Below, piece after piece: positions 20,993-30,311 of a stretch of DNA of 64,000 nt; position 1 is the stretch's first letter, and each line of letters opens with the position of its first letter. The stretch is from Terrimicrobiaceae bacterium (GTDB taxonomy: Bacteria > Verrucomicrobiota > Verrucomicrobiia > Chthoniobacterales > Terrimicrobiaceae), in the NCBI GenBank assembly GCA_041752695.1, contig JBGSVZ010000043.1:41045-105044 (forward strand), in the 5' to 3' direction. Position numbers and translations under genes: made by a program. The notes under the pieces were generated by a model, which was given only the letters and a program-made list of their open reading frames with translations, was not told the DNA's origin and did not search any database.

Positions 20993-23900
20993 ACACCGAA
21001 GAACACCCCGGGCTGATCGCCTGGCTGGTGGATTGGTCGCTGCGCAATCGATTCCTCGTCGCTTGCGCCACGCTTCTGGTGATCGGGTGGGGAATCTGGG
21101 CGGTGCGCCACACGCCGGTCGATGCCATTCCGGATCTGAGCGAAAACCAGGTGATCGTTTATGCGGATTGGGCCGGCCGCAGTCCGCAGGAAGTGGAGGA
21201 TCAGGTCACCTATCCGCTTTCCACGAATCTCCAGGGCCTCGCTGGCGTGAAGGAAGTGCGGGCGCAATCCATGTTCGGCTTTTCGCTGCTCACTGTCGTT
21301 TTCGACGACAGCATCGACAACTACTTTGCCCGCACCCGCGTGCTCGAGCGGCTGAGCTTTTTGCAGACGTTGCTGCCGGAAGCCGTCACGCCGCAACTCG
21401 GCCCCGACGCCACCGGGCTTGGCTGGGTTTATCAATATTACCTCAAGGTCGATCCGGCCAAAAGCCCGAACGGCGGTTACGATCTCGGCACGCTGCGGTC
21501 GTTGCAGGATTTTTTCCTGCGCTATCAACTCGCTGCGGTCGAAGGCGTAGCCGAAGTGGCCAGCGTGGGCGGCTTTGTGCGGCAGTATCAGGTGGCGGTG
21601 GACTCCGGGAAAATGCGGCAGGCCGGGGTGAATCTGCGCGAGGTGATGGACGCCCTGGCTAATAGCAACCTTAACGTTGGCGGCAAGGTCATCGAGGAAA
21701 ATGGGATGGAATTTGTCGTGCGCGGCATTGGGCTGGTCAATTCCCTCGACGATCTTAAACGCATCGCCGTGCGCACCGAAGGCGGCCTGCCCATTTACCT
21801 GGAGGATATCGCGAGCATTTCCATGGGCGGGGATTTCCGCCGGGGTGCGCTCGATGTCGATGGCAACGAAGTCGTGGGCGGCGTGGTCGTGATGCGCACG
21901 GGCGAAAATGCCATGCGGGTGATCGAACGGGTGAAGGAAAAAATCGCCCGCATCGCGCCGAGCCTGCCTGCGGGAGTGACCATTGAACCGTTCTACGACC
22001 GCAGCGATCTCATTGATCGCACCATCGAGACGCTGCGCCATGCCCTCATTGAGGAAATCATCCTCGTGACCCTCGCTCACATTATCTTTCTGTGGCACTT
22101 CCGCAGCATCCTCATCGTCACGATTCCGTTGCCGGTTTCGATTTTGATCTCGTTCATCCTGATGGACGTGTTTGGCATTTCGTCGAATGTCATGTCGCTG
22201 GCTGGCATCGCCATCGCCATCGGCGTGCTGGTGGATGCGGCGATTGTCATGACGGAGAACGTCATCCGCCATAACGAGGAGGCGGAGAAGAAAAAGGGTT
22301 CCAAGCTCACGGCGCACGAGACACTGGAAGTGACCCGCGTCGCGGCCCGTCAGGTGGGCAGGCCGATCTTTTTTGCCATGGCCATCATTATCCTGGCGTT
22401 CCTGCCGGTCTTTGCCTTGGGCGGACAGGAAGGCAAACTTTTCCACCCGCTGGCCTTCACGAAGACCTTTGCCATGATCGGAGCGACGCTGTTGGGTGTG
22501 ACGCTTGTGCCGGTCCTTTGCACCTGGTTGGTGCGCGGCCCTTTTCATGAGGAGAAGGACAATGTCGTAATGCGCTTTTTGATGCGCATCTATCGCCCGG
22601 CCTTGGAGTGGGCGCTGGGTCACGGGAAAACCGTGCTGCTTTGCGCCTTCGCCTTGCTGGCCGCAGCAGTCGTTCTGGCGTCCCGGATAGGCAGCGAGTT
22701 CATGCCGCCGCTGGAGGAGGGGAGTCTGCTATTTATGCCCGTCCTGCTTCCGAGCACCTCGCTCACGGAAGTGAAGCGTGTGATGTCCTGGCAGGACCGC
22801 GTGATCAAGAGCGTGCCGGAAGTGGAGTCCGTCGCGGGAAAACTCGGCCGCGCCGAAACGCCCACCGATCCCGCCCCGGTGGAAATGATCGAAACCACCA
22901 TCATGCTCAAACCGCGTTCCGCCTGGCGCGCGGGACTGACGAAGGAAAAGATCATCGCCGAACTGAGTGAAAAACTCAGCGTGGTTCCCGGCTACGTGCC
23001 CGGCTTTCTCCAGCCCATCGAAAACCGCATCCTCATGCTGAGCACGGGCATTCGCGCGCAGGTGGGCATCAAGGTGCTGGGCGCGGATCTTGATGTCATC
23101 CAGCAAGTCGCTTTTCGCATTGAGGAGGTCGTGCGCAAAATTCCCGGCGCGGTCGGTGTCGCCGCCTCCCGCGTGCAGGGCAAACCGTATCTGGAGGTTC
23201 TCCCCGACCGTCAGGCTCTCGCTCGTTACGGGTTGAACATTCGTGATGTGATGGACGTGGTGGAGATTGGGCTCGGAGGGCTGAATGTGAGCACGACGAT
23301 CGAAGGCCGCGCGCGGTACCCCATCCAGCTTCGTCTGGAGCGCGGGGAAAGGACGGACATCGAAACCCTTGGCGCGATCCTGATTCCCACGAAGGACGGT
23401 CCCTCCGTGCCGCTTGGCCAGGTTGCGACGATCCGGCGCTCGAGCGGTCCCAGCGAGATTTCCAGCGAGGACGGATTGCTTCGGGTCTTTGTGCAGACCA
23501 ACGTGCAGGGGCGCGACTTGGGCGGATTTGTGAAGGAAACCCAGCGTCGGATCGAGGAAGAGGTCACGCTGCCTGCGGGCGTCACGCTCAAATGGAGCGG
23601 CCAATACGAAAATCAGCTCAGTGCCCAGCGCACGCTGACGCTGATCGTCCCCGTGGTGCTGCTGATCATTTTCATGCTGTTGGCCACGGTTTTTCGTTCC
23701 GCGATGGAGGCCGCCCACGTCATCCTCGCTGTGCCCTTTGCGCTCACTGGCGGACTTTTTCTCCAATACCTTCTCGGCTACAATTTCAGCGTGGCCGTGT
23801 GGATTGGCTACATTGCGCTTTTTGGCACCGCTATCCAAACAGGCGTGGTGATGGTGGTCTATCTGGAAGAAGCCCTCAAACGTCACCAGGAGGAAAAGGG

Positions 23901-24156
23901 AGCAGGTTTCACGCTGTCCGACCTCCGGGCCGCCGTGCTGGAAGGTTCCATGTTGCGATTACGCCCAAAAGTGATGACGGTCAGTACGGTGATCGCCAGC
24001 CTCCTCCCCATCATGTGGAGCGCTAAAACTGGCGCCGAAGTGATGAAGCCCATCGCCACTCCGGTGATCGGCGGCATGCTCAGCAGCCTGCTGCATATCC
24101 TGATTGTGACTCCGGTGATTTTTTACTGGCTGCGGAAGCGGGCGATGAAGTTGTAG
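20989..24156 (+). CDS. cusA: CusA/CzcA heavy-metal RND efflux permease
   Basis: DAIPDLSENQVIV, LGPDATGLGW, TDPAPVEMIET and RLRPKVMT motifs; 1055 aa. Confidence 0.94.
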   Translation: MNTEEHPGLIAWLVDWSLRNRFLVACATLLVIGWGIWAVRHTPVDAIPDLSENQVIVYADWAGRSPQEVEDQVTYPLSTNLQGLAGVKEVRAQSMFGFSLLTVVFDDSIDNYFARTRVLERLSFLQTLLPEAVTPQLGPDATGLGWVYQYYLKVDPAKSPNGGYDLGTLRSLQDFFLRYQLAAVEGVAEVASVGGFVRQYQVAVDSGKMRQAGVNLREVMDALANSNLNVGGKVIEENGMEFVVRGIGLVNSLDDLKRIAVRTEGGLPIYLEDIASISMGGDFRRGALDVDGNEVVGGVVVMRTGENAMRVIERVKEKIARIAPSLPAGVTIEPFYDRSDLIDRTIETLRHALIEEIILVTLAHIIFLWHFRSILIVTIPLPVSILISFILMDVFGISSNVMSLAGIAIAIGVLVDAAIVMTENVIRHNEEAEKKKGSKLTAHETLEVTRVAARQVGRPIFFAMAIIILAFLPVFALGGQEGKLFHPLAFTKTFAMIGATLLGVTLVPVLCTWLVRGPFHEEKDNVVMRFLMRIYRPALEWALGHGKTVLLCAFALLAAAVVLASRIGSEFMPPLEEGSLLFMPVLLPSTSLTEVKRVMSWQDRVIKSVPEVESVAGKLGRAETPTDPAPVEMIETTIMLKPRSAWRAGLTKEKIIAELSEKLSVVPGYVPGFLQPIENRILMLSTGIRAQVGIKVLGADLDVIQQVAFRIEEVVRKIPGAVGVAASRVQGKPYLEVLPDRQALARYGLNIRDVMDVVEIGLGGLNVSTTIEGRARYPIQLRLERGERTDIETLGAILIPTKDGPSVPLGQVATIRRSSGPSEISSEDGLLRVFVQTNVQGRDLGGFVKETQRRIEEEVTLPAGVTLKWSGQYENQLSAQRTLTLIVPVVLLIIFMLLATVFRSAMEAAHVILAVPFALTGGLFLQYLLGYNFSVAVWIGYIALFGTAIQTGVVMVVYLEEALKRHQEEKGAGFTLSDLRAAVLEGSMLRLRPKVMTVSTVIASLLPIMWSAKTGAEVMKPIATPVIGGMLSSLLHILIVTPVIFYWLRKRAMKL

Positions 24157-24221
24157 GTTGGAGTTCACGCTTCAGCGTGTGCTTCGCGTAACAGTCCCGC
24201 GTAGGCGGGACTGGACTCAAA
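24157..24221. repeat. REP-like palindromic doublet between convergent genes
   Basis: Hairpins CACGC-TTCA-GCGTG (24166-24179) and AGTCCCGC-GTAG-GCGGGACT (24193-24212); outer ends GTTGGAGTTC and GGACTCAAAC are imperfect inverted repeats. Confidence 0.55.
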
Positions 24222-24224
24222 CGA

Positions 24225-24830
24225 TCACACGCCGCCGCGCTCCAGTTCCATCACCTGGCCTCGCAGATTCTCTCCGGCGTAACAATGCGGCCCGCAGGAA
24301 ATGAGACCGTGCCGGCGGAAGAGCCGGCGGTAAAACGCCGTGGTGCGGGGTTCGATCTCCTTGAAGTCTCCCTGCAGGGCTTCTTCGCTGGCATAGGCTT
24401 CGAGGAAGGCAATGCCTCCTAGCATTTGGGCAATCAGGGAAATGCCAACGGCAAGATCCTTGCGGGGCACATAATAGAGCGTGTCGCTGCTGATGATGAG
24501 GTCGTAGGTTTTTGTGAGATTGATGCCCCCAAGGTCCGCGAAGCCGCCGAGTCGGAGATTGCGCTGCCGGCCAAACCGGTTCACCGCGTATTCGCTGGGA
24601 TCCACGCCGAGATACCGCAAACCCGGGCGCAGGGTGGTGAGGATCGGCTGCCATTGTCCCTCACCGCAGCCGATGTCGAGAACGGTGCGGACTGGCCGTT
24701 CCAAAAAAAACTCCGCCACGCCCAGCACCATCGCAGCTTTGCGGGTCGTGGTGGCGGTGGTGACCACCCGGTGTTTGGGGTGCCGGTACCATTTGTCGAA
24801 ATAGGCTTTGTCGTACGGACGGGCGTTCAT
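24225..24830 (-). CDS. Class I SAM-dependent methyltransferase
   Basis: VLDIGCGEG motif I, GVDPS and YDLII. Confidence 0.85.
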   Translation of the reverse strand: MNARPYDKAYFDKWYRHPKHRVVTTATTTRKAAMVLGVAEFFLERPVRTVLDIGCGEGQWQPILTTLRPGLRYLGVDPSEYAVNRFGRQRNLRLGGFADLGGINLTKTYDLIISSDTLYYVPRKDLAVGISLIAQMLGGIAFLEAYASEEALQGDFKEIEPRTTAFYRRLFRRHGLISCGPHCYAGENLRGQVMELERGGV

Positions 24831-24943
24831 GTGGGGCCGGACTGTAGCCGGGAGGCTCGGCCGGGGCGAGCCCTCAATAGCCGGGCGGCATGGCCGTTCG
24901 TTTCGATTTCGCTTCCCGCCGAAAATCTGCTACACGTACGGCA

Positions 24944-26251
24944 ATGTTTGAAATCAAAGCCCGGGATAAAATGGTGGAACGCGCGCTCTTGGTCGGTTCC
25001 TATACCGACCAGGCAGCGAAGGCGGATGCCCAGGACCTGTTGGAAGAGTTGGAAGAACTCACCGCCACCCTCGGAATTCCCGTGGTGGAAAAGATGTTGG
25101 TTTTTAACCGGGAACTGCAGGCGCGGTATTTGTTGGGCTCGGGCAAGGCGGAGGAAATCTGCGCCCGGATGCAAGCTCTGGACTGCGACGTAATCATTTT
25201 CGACAACGAACTGACCCCCGCGCAGCAACGCAATTGGGAGGCACTCTCCAAGGTTCTGGTGATCGACCGACAGGAAATCATCCTCGATATTTTTGGGGCC
25301 CGGGCGCAGACCCGCGAGGCAAAAATCCAGGTGGACCTGGCACGCATGGCATACTCCATGCCACGACTTACCCGCGCCTGGGGCCACCTCGGCAAGCAGG
25401 GGGGCGGAATTGGGGCCAAGGGCGAGGGCGAAAGCCAGTTAGAACAGGACCGTCGGAAAATTCGCGGTCAGATGGACCGGCTGAAGCGCGAGTTGCAGTC
25501 GGTACGCAGTTCGCGCGCCACCCAGCGCAAGGATCGCAAACGCGCCCCGGTGCCGAACGCCGCCATTGTGGGCTACACCAACGTCGGGAAATCCTCCCTG
25601 CTGCGCCGCCTCACCGGCGCGGAGGTCTTGGTGGAGGACAAACTTTTCGCAACCCTGGACACCACCACCCGCAAAATCGCGCTCCCCAATAAACAGCCGC
25701 TGCTATTGACTGATACGGTCGGTTTTATCCGCAATCTTCCGCACGAATTGGTGGAAGCGTTCCATGCCACGCTGGAAGAGGCCACGCTCTCGGATTTTCT
25801 CATTCACGTACTCGATGCCTCCCATCCGCGGGTGATGGAATTTTACAACACGACGATGGAAGTGCTGGGCGATCTCGGGGCCAACACCAAGCAGATGCTG
25901 GTCGTGTTCAACAAGATCGACAAAGTGGACGACGACCACACTCGGGTTGTGTTGCGCCGACATTTTCCCGAAGCGGTTTTTATCTCCGTGCACACCGGCG
26001 AAGGCCTGGAGGAGCTGGTCAAACGCATCGGCGGATTTGTCAGTCATGGCACCATCCAGGTGGAACTCCTCCTTCCGCTCGCCCGCACCGATCTTCTCGC
26101 GCGCATTCATCGCGAAGGGACGATGGACCACCTCGATTACGAAGACGACGCCATGCGGGTCCGTGCTACCATCCCGGTGCGGTCGCTGGAAATCTTCGCG
26201 CCCTTTGAGGTCGCAGATGTCCTGGCCGGGCGGCCGGCTGAAAAGGCGTAG
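24944..26251 (+). CDS. hflX: Ribosome-splitting GTPase HflX
   Basis: GSGK, QQRNWE, ILDIF..RA.TREAK.QV, GEGESQLE.DRR, GYTNVGKS, LFATLD, DTVGF and NKID. Confidence 0.96.
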   Translation: MFEIKARDKMVERALLVGSYTDQAAKADAQDLLEELEELTATLGIPVVEKMLVFNRELQARYLLGSGKAEEICARMQALDCDVIIFDNELTPAQQRNWEALSKVLVIDRQEIILDIFGARAQTREAKIQVDLARMAYSMPRLTRAWGHLGKQGGGIGAKGEGESQLEQDRRKIRGQMDRLKRELQSVRSSRATQRKDRKRAPVPNAAIVGYTNVGKSSLLRRLTGAEVLVEDKLFATLDTTTRKIALPNKQPLLLTDTVGFIRNLPHELVEAFHATLEEATLSDFLIHVLDASHPRVMEFYNTTMEVLGDLGANTKQMLVVFNKIDKVDDDHTRVVLRRHFPEAVFISVHTGEGLEELVKRIGGFVSHGTIQVELLLPLARTDLLARIHREGTMDHLDYEDDAMRVRATIPVRSLEIFAPFEVADVLAGRPAEKA

Positions 26252-26497
26252 GAGGATTGACCGCGGATGACGCGGATGGAGCGGATGGGGAGGGGGGATT
26301 CGACGGGTTGGAGTAGGTGCCAATTCAGCTTTCCGACTCTTTTGGTCCGCTTTCAGTTTCTTATCCGCAATATCCGCGTCATCCGCGGTTAAAAATTCTT
26401 CAATCGTTTCACGCCATTTGGGGCCGACAGAAAAGGCGTAGGAGGATTGGCCGCGGATGACGCGGATGACGCGGATGGAGCGGATGGGGAGGGGGGG
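26240..26497. repeat. ~58-68 bp direct repeat (26240-26297, 26430-26497) containing 9-bp-periodic GCGGATnnn arms; first copy closed by an inverted arm at 26363-26389
   Basis: GAAAAGGCGTAGGAGGATTG-CCGCGGATGACGCGGAT(GACGCGGAT)GGAGCGGATGGGGAGGGGGG occurs twice; arm 26260-26286 matches the reverse complement of 26363-26389 at 24/27. Confidence 0.92.
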
Positions 26498-26504
26498 CGT
26501 GGTG

Positions 26505-26892
26505 TTATTGCGGATTTTCGTTTTGCCGCACGACACGTTTCCATTCCAACTTCGCATTTTTGAAATTGATGAGAATCGCCAGTTGCAGGCCGGAAATTGC
26601 GAGGTAACCGGTCATCTGGGCGACATGCGTGTCGGTAAAGGACGTCACGACCTTGGGATCGACGATAACGAGACCGTCAACAATCAGGTCCGGAATCCAA
26701 CGTGCCGACGTTCACTTCGCGATAGAAAACGGGATATTGTCTTTGTTGCTCGATCACGTGGCCGCGACCCTCTAGTTCCAATCTCAGAGAATTTTCATAG
26801 ATCTTCTCGTCTAAACCCGGTTTGAGCGTGTTGAGCACATGCATGGCGGCACCAATGATTTTCCCGCTCAATTGTTCGTAAAGCATGCCCAT
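26505..26892 (-). pseudogene. GxxExxY family (PD-(D/E)XK-like) protein with a +1 frameshift
   Basis: IIGAAMHVLNTLKPGLDEKIYENSL, then a frameshift near 26697; the other frame continues IPDLIVDGLVIVDPKV..HVAQMTGYL..AILINF..LEWKRVV to TAA at 26505. Confidence 0.88.
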
Positions 26893-26910
26893 GAAGAACT
26901 GCCTGTCTTT

Positions 26911-26937
26911 ATCCGCCAAATCCGTTTCATCCGCGGT
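26911..26937. repeat. Right inverted arm closing the GxxExxY-containing element
   Basis: ATCCGCCAAATCCGTTTCATCCGCGGT, an imperfect reverse complement of the 26451-26485 arm. Confidence 0.8.
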
Positions 26938-26956
26938 AAGAAATTCCTCCGCTTCT

Positions 26957-29293
26957 TCAAGCCATTGCGATGCCGTTTTTCGCGAGGGCCTCATTCATGG
27001 CGATCGAGAGGTCGCTGCGCAGGCGGCTGATATTGGCGAGATCGGCGGTCCAGACGTGGAGTTCGAAGGTGAGGGAGGCGGCGGTGAATTTCGTCACAAC
27101 GGCTTCCGGCGGGGGGATGGTGCTAACCTCAGGGCGGGCTGTGGCGGTGGCTTCGAGCAGGGCGATCACTTTCTGCGGATCAACCTCGGCGGCGATTGTG
27201 ACAACGTCCAGCTCGAGGAGGCGTTGATGGTTGGTATGGGTCCAGTTGGTGACCGGGTCGGAAATCAATCGGGCATTGGGAATGATGATTTCAGAACCCT
27301 GTGGCGTGCGGATAACGGTAGCGCGAATGCCAATCTGCCGCACCGTGCCCTGGAGCGTGCCGATCTCAATGAGGTCGCCGATTTTGATGGGACGTTCGAA
27401 GAGGACAATGAGACTGGAGACGAAATTGTTGACGATGGTTTGCAGACCGAAGGCCAGGCCCACGCCGAAGGCTCCCGCCAAAACGGTGAATTTGCTGATG
27501 TCTCCCATCAGGGCCGCCATGGCGAGGTAAAAACCCAGGAGTAGGATAGCGTAGTGCAGCAAGGTCGAGATGGCAAAGGGCAGTCCGGCTTTGAGGCGCA
27601 CGCGGCGATAGACATCTTCCTCGAGAAGAAAGCGCACGAATTGGGAAATGAGAAATGACGCCCAGACCGTGAGCAGGAAGGTGACCAGTCCGCCGACGGT
27701 GACCTCAGCGACGAGCGGAAGGGCAAGGAAGGCGGCAACGGCGGCGACCGTTTCGTTGAGCAGGGACATCTTGTCGAGGGCGAAAAGCACCCAGAGGACC
27801 GTTGCCGCAAAGCGAACCGCTCGACAGATGCGGCGCTCGAGCAGCGGCCGGTGGTGACGCACCATGGCCAGCAGGGAAAGCGGCGGAACTTTAAAAGCGA
27901 GCGCGACCAGTCCGTCCAGGATGCGACAGGCGGCGTAGAGCAGGAGGGCGAGGAACGCGCACTGCAGAAAGATTCCGCCGATGAAAAGCGCGAGGTTGAC
28001 GTAGCCGACCACGTTGGCGATGGCGGCAACGACGAAGATCGCCAGCGAAACCCGGGCCGCTGCACCCACGACGTGCCAGAGCAGGCGGCGGCCTTTTTCG
28101 GGCTTTTCGGAGAACCGCGAAACGTTTATGAGCCAAAGGACAAAGACAATGCCCGCCAGGGTTTCTGTGAGATAAATTCCGCGGGAAAGCAGGGGGATTC
28201 CGGCCGACCCTTCGCGAATTTGATAGGCTAAGTAACAGGCTGCCAGCGCCCAGGTGATGGGGAGAAGCGGGGGGTCGATCAGGCGGCGAAGTACGAGAAA
28301 GAGCGGAATGATCAGCGCCGCCCCGAGCAGGGTCAAAAACAGACCAGGCGCACCGGGATAAAGCGCATATCCCAGCCACAGCGCAAGAAAGGTCGCGGTC
28401 GAAACCGGGACTTCAAAGATGGCGGTGGACTCCCGCAAGCTCGGATCGGCCTCGGTCCAGCGGCGGGCGAATTTGCGGGCCGCTTGAAAGGCAAAGACGA
28501 GCAGCACCCAGATGGAAAAGTGCAGGACGATTTTGCCCCGCTCCCGATAGAGGAAATCCTGGGTAGTCTGAACACGTTTCAGAAAGCCGTCCACTGGTGG
28601 GGCGGATTCGGTCGGAGCTTGCTGGTAGGCGGCCCACAGGGGCGGACTGTCGCGCACGAGCAAACGGTCCACGGCCTCGCCCCTGGCCCGCGTGAGGGCG
28701 GCGAGGGTCTTCGTGATGCGCGCGCTCTGGTCCGCCAGACGTCCCTGGAACTTCAGAAGTTCGGTGCGCCGGGTGTCGATCGCCTCATTCGTGGAGGTGA
28801 TTTGGTTCCGCACCGCCGTAATGCGGCCCATCAAATCTGCCGGCGCATCATCCGGCTGAGTGGCTTTCCAGAGTGCGGCCATTTCCGCGACCCGGGCCGC
28901 CTGATGGTCCAGTCGACCGAGTTTCTCGTTGATCAGGCCAGCCCAGAAATTGGCGTCGTCACGCAGCAGGCTCCAGCGGGTGGACTGCTGTTGGATCACC
29001 CCGATTTTCGCGGGCGTGGCCAGGAGGCGGGTCGTTTCGATTTCGCTGAGATCGATGTCCGTTTTGAACTTCGGCAAAAACTTGGCCAGGTTTTCGGAGA
29101 GACCGTCGCTGCCGAGTGTGCCTTGAATCTCCGCCAGCGCGGCCCCGGCTTTGTCAGCCTCGGATACAATGGCCGAGAGCCCGATCGGCACCACGGGTGT
29201 CGGCGAAGGGGAGGGCGCCGGAGTCGCGACAGGCGAGGCCGCACAAAAAAATGCGGCAAGGGGAAGTAGGCACAGTCGCAGGTGGCGGAACAT
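26957..29293 (-). CDS. Large MscS/MscK-family mechanosensitive channel
   Basis: Signal peptide, coiled coil, many TM segments, GAFGVGLAFGLQTIVNNFVS, FERPIKIGD, IGIRAT and IIPN. Confidence 0.92.
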   Translation of the reverse strand: MFRHLRLCLLPLAAFFCAASPVATPAPSPSPTPVVPIGLSAIVSEADKAGAALAEIQGTLGSDGLSENLAKFLPKFKTDIDLSEIETTRLLATPAKIGVIQQQSTRWSLLRDDANFWAGLINEKLGRLDHQAARVAEMAALWKATQPDDAPADLMGRITAVRNQITSTNEAIDTRRTELLKFQGRLADQSARITKTLAALTRARGEAVDRLLVRDSPPLWAAYQQAPTESAPPVDGFLKRVQTTQDFLYRERGKIVLHFSIWVLLVFAFQAARKFARRWTEADPSLRESTAIFEVPVSTATFLALWLGYALYPGAPGLFLTLLGAALIIPLFLVLRRLIDPPLLPITWALAACYLAYQIREGSAGIPLLSRGIYLTETLAGIVFVLWLINVSRFSEKPEKGRRLLWHVVGAAARVSLAIFVVAAIANVVGYVNLALFIGGIFLQCAFLALLLYAACRILDGLVALAFKVPPLSLLAMVRHHRPLLERRICRAVRFAATVLWVLFALDKMSLLNETVAAVAAFLALPLVAEVTVGGLVTFLLTVWASFLISQFVRFLLEEDVYRRVRLKAGLPFAISTLLHYAILLLGFYLAMAALMGDISKFTVLAGAFGVGLAFGLQTIVNNFVSSLIVLFERPIKIGDLIEIGTLQGTVRQIGIRATVIRTPQGSEIIIPNARLISDPVTNWTHTNHQRLLELDVVTIAAEVDPQKVIALLEATATARPEVSTIPPPEAVVTKFTAASLTFELHVWTADLANISRLRSDLSIAMNEALAKNGIAMA

Positions 29294-29401
29294 GGACACT
29301 AACCCTACGCTAATTGTGCCTCCCGGGAAAAGGCGGCGTTTTCGCGAAACTTTCACGACCGCTTCATGGGGATTTCACATCGCGGGGTCAGGATCCCCGC
29401 G

Positions 29402-30223
29402 ATGAAAAAACAAACCTTCACCTCGTCGTGCGAATGGATTGCCTGGTTTTACGAAAACGCCCAGAGCGCCGCGGCCCGATCCAATCCGCCGCCCATCGTG
29501 GAAATGCCGGCAGCCTTGCGCGACGTGATCGCCGCATCCCTGCCCGCCTGGCAACTTGGAGAAACCTCAGACGGCCGGCATTTGCGGGCGGCGGCACGGC
29601 AATATTCGGAAACGCAGGAAGACCCCGCCTTTTTTAGTGCCGTGGAAATGTTCATCCGGGAGGAACAGCGTCACGGGGCCTCGCTCGGGGAGTGGCTGGA
29701 TCTGGCGGGGATTCCCCGGAAAAAGCGCGACCTCGGCGACAGCCTGTTCCGCTTCTGCCGCTATGCCATTCCCAACTACGCGGTCTGGGCGTCGGTGGTG
29801 GTGATGGTGGAGTCGATGGCGGAAATCTACTACGCGGCGGTCCGGCGCATCACGGTCTGCCCGCGACTCAAGGCGGAGTGCGGGCGGATCTTACAAGATG
29901 AGGTGAAACACATTCAATTCCAGTGCGAACACCTCGCGCTAGCCCGGCGCAAGCTGCCTTGGTGGGTGCGGTCCCTGGTGAATGCGGGCGAGGCCGGTTT
30001 CTACTCCGTGGTTTGCGGTGCGGTCTGGCTGGCGCATGGCCGGCTGCTGCAAGCCGCGGGAATCCCTCTCCCAAGATTTGTGCTGCTCGCCGCGGAAAAG
30101 TTTCGGGTCACCCGCCGGCTGATGAATCCCGAGCGCTACGAGTTCGGGGTCAGCGAAAGCTGGCGGGCCGGCCAGCGCAGGTCCCGAAAGCTAAGCGAAA
30201 TGGCGGCGCTTTGGATGCGGTGA
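29402..30223 (+). CDS. Ferritin-like (diiron-carboxylate) domain protein
   Basis: QLGE, EEQRH, VESMAEIYY and DEVKH ligand pattern. Confidence 0.75.
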   Translation: MKKQTFTSSCEWIAWFYENAQSAAARSNPPPIVEMPAALRDVIAASLPAWQLGETSDGRHLRAAARQYSETQEDPAFFSAVEMFIREEQRHGASLGEWLDLAGIPRKKRDLGDSLFRFCRYAIPNYAVWASVVVMVESMAEIYYAAVRRITVCPRLKAECGRILQDEVKHIQFQCEHLALARRKLPWWVRSLVNAGEAGFYSVVCGAVWLAHGRLLQAAGIPLPRFVLLAAEKFRVTRRLMNPERYEFGVSESWRAGQRRSRKLSEMAALWMR

Positions 30224-30311
30224 GACACGAATTTCACGAATTGGCACGAATTGACGAGAGCACACCCTGGTTCCTTTCCCCTTGGTGAAAATTCGTGCAA
30301 TTCGTGTCTCA
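30221..30311. repeat. Inverted repeat of CACGAATT units spanning the junction of two convergent genes
   Basis: TGAGACACGAATTTCACGAATT (30221-30242) matches the reverse complement of 30290-30311 at 21/22. Confidence 0.88.

Noticed and set aside
18155..23886. Very long minus-strand ORFs (840, 748 and 385 aa)
   Set aside because: Antisense shadows of copA, cusB and cusA in GC-rich DNA, with no recognisable motifs of their own.
26240..26497. Direct repeats as a possible CRISPR array
   Set aside because: Only two copies, ~60 bp long with a ~130 bp spacer, internal 9-bp periodicity and no cas genes.
25703..26557. 284-aa minus-strand ORF with IRSIRVIRVIRG repeats
   Set aside because: A translation of the repeat arms plus the hflX antisense strand.
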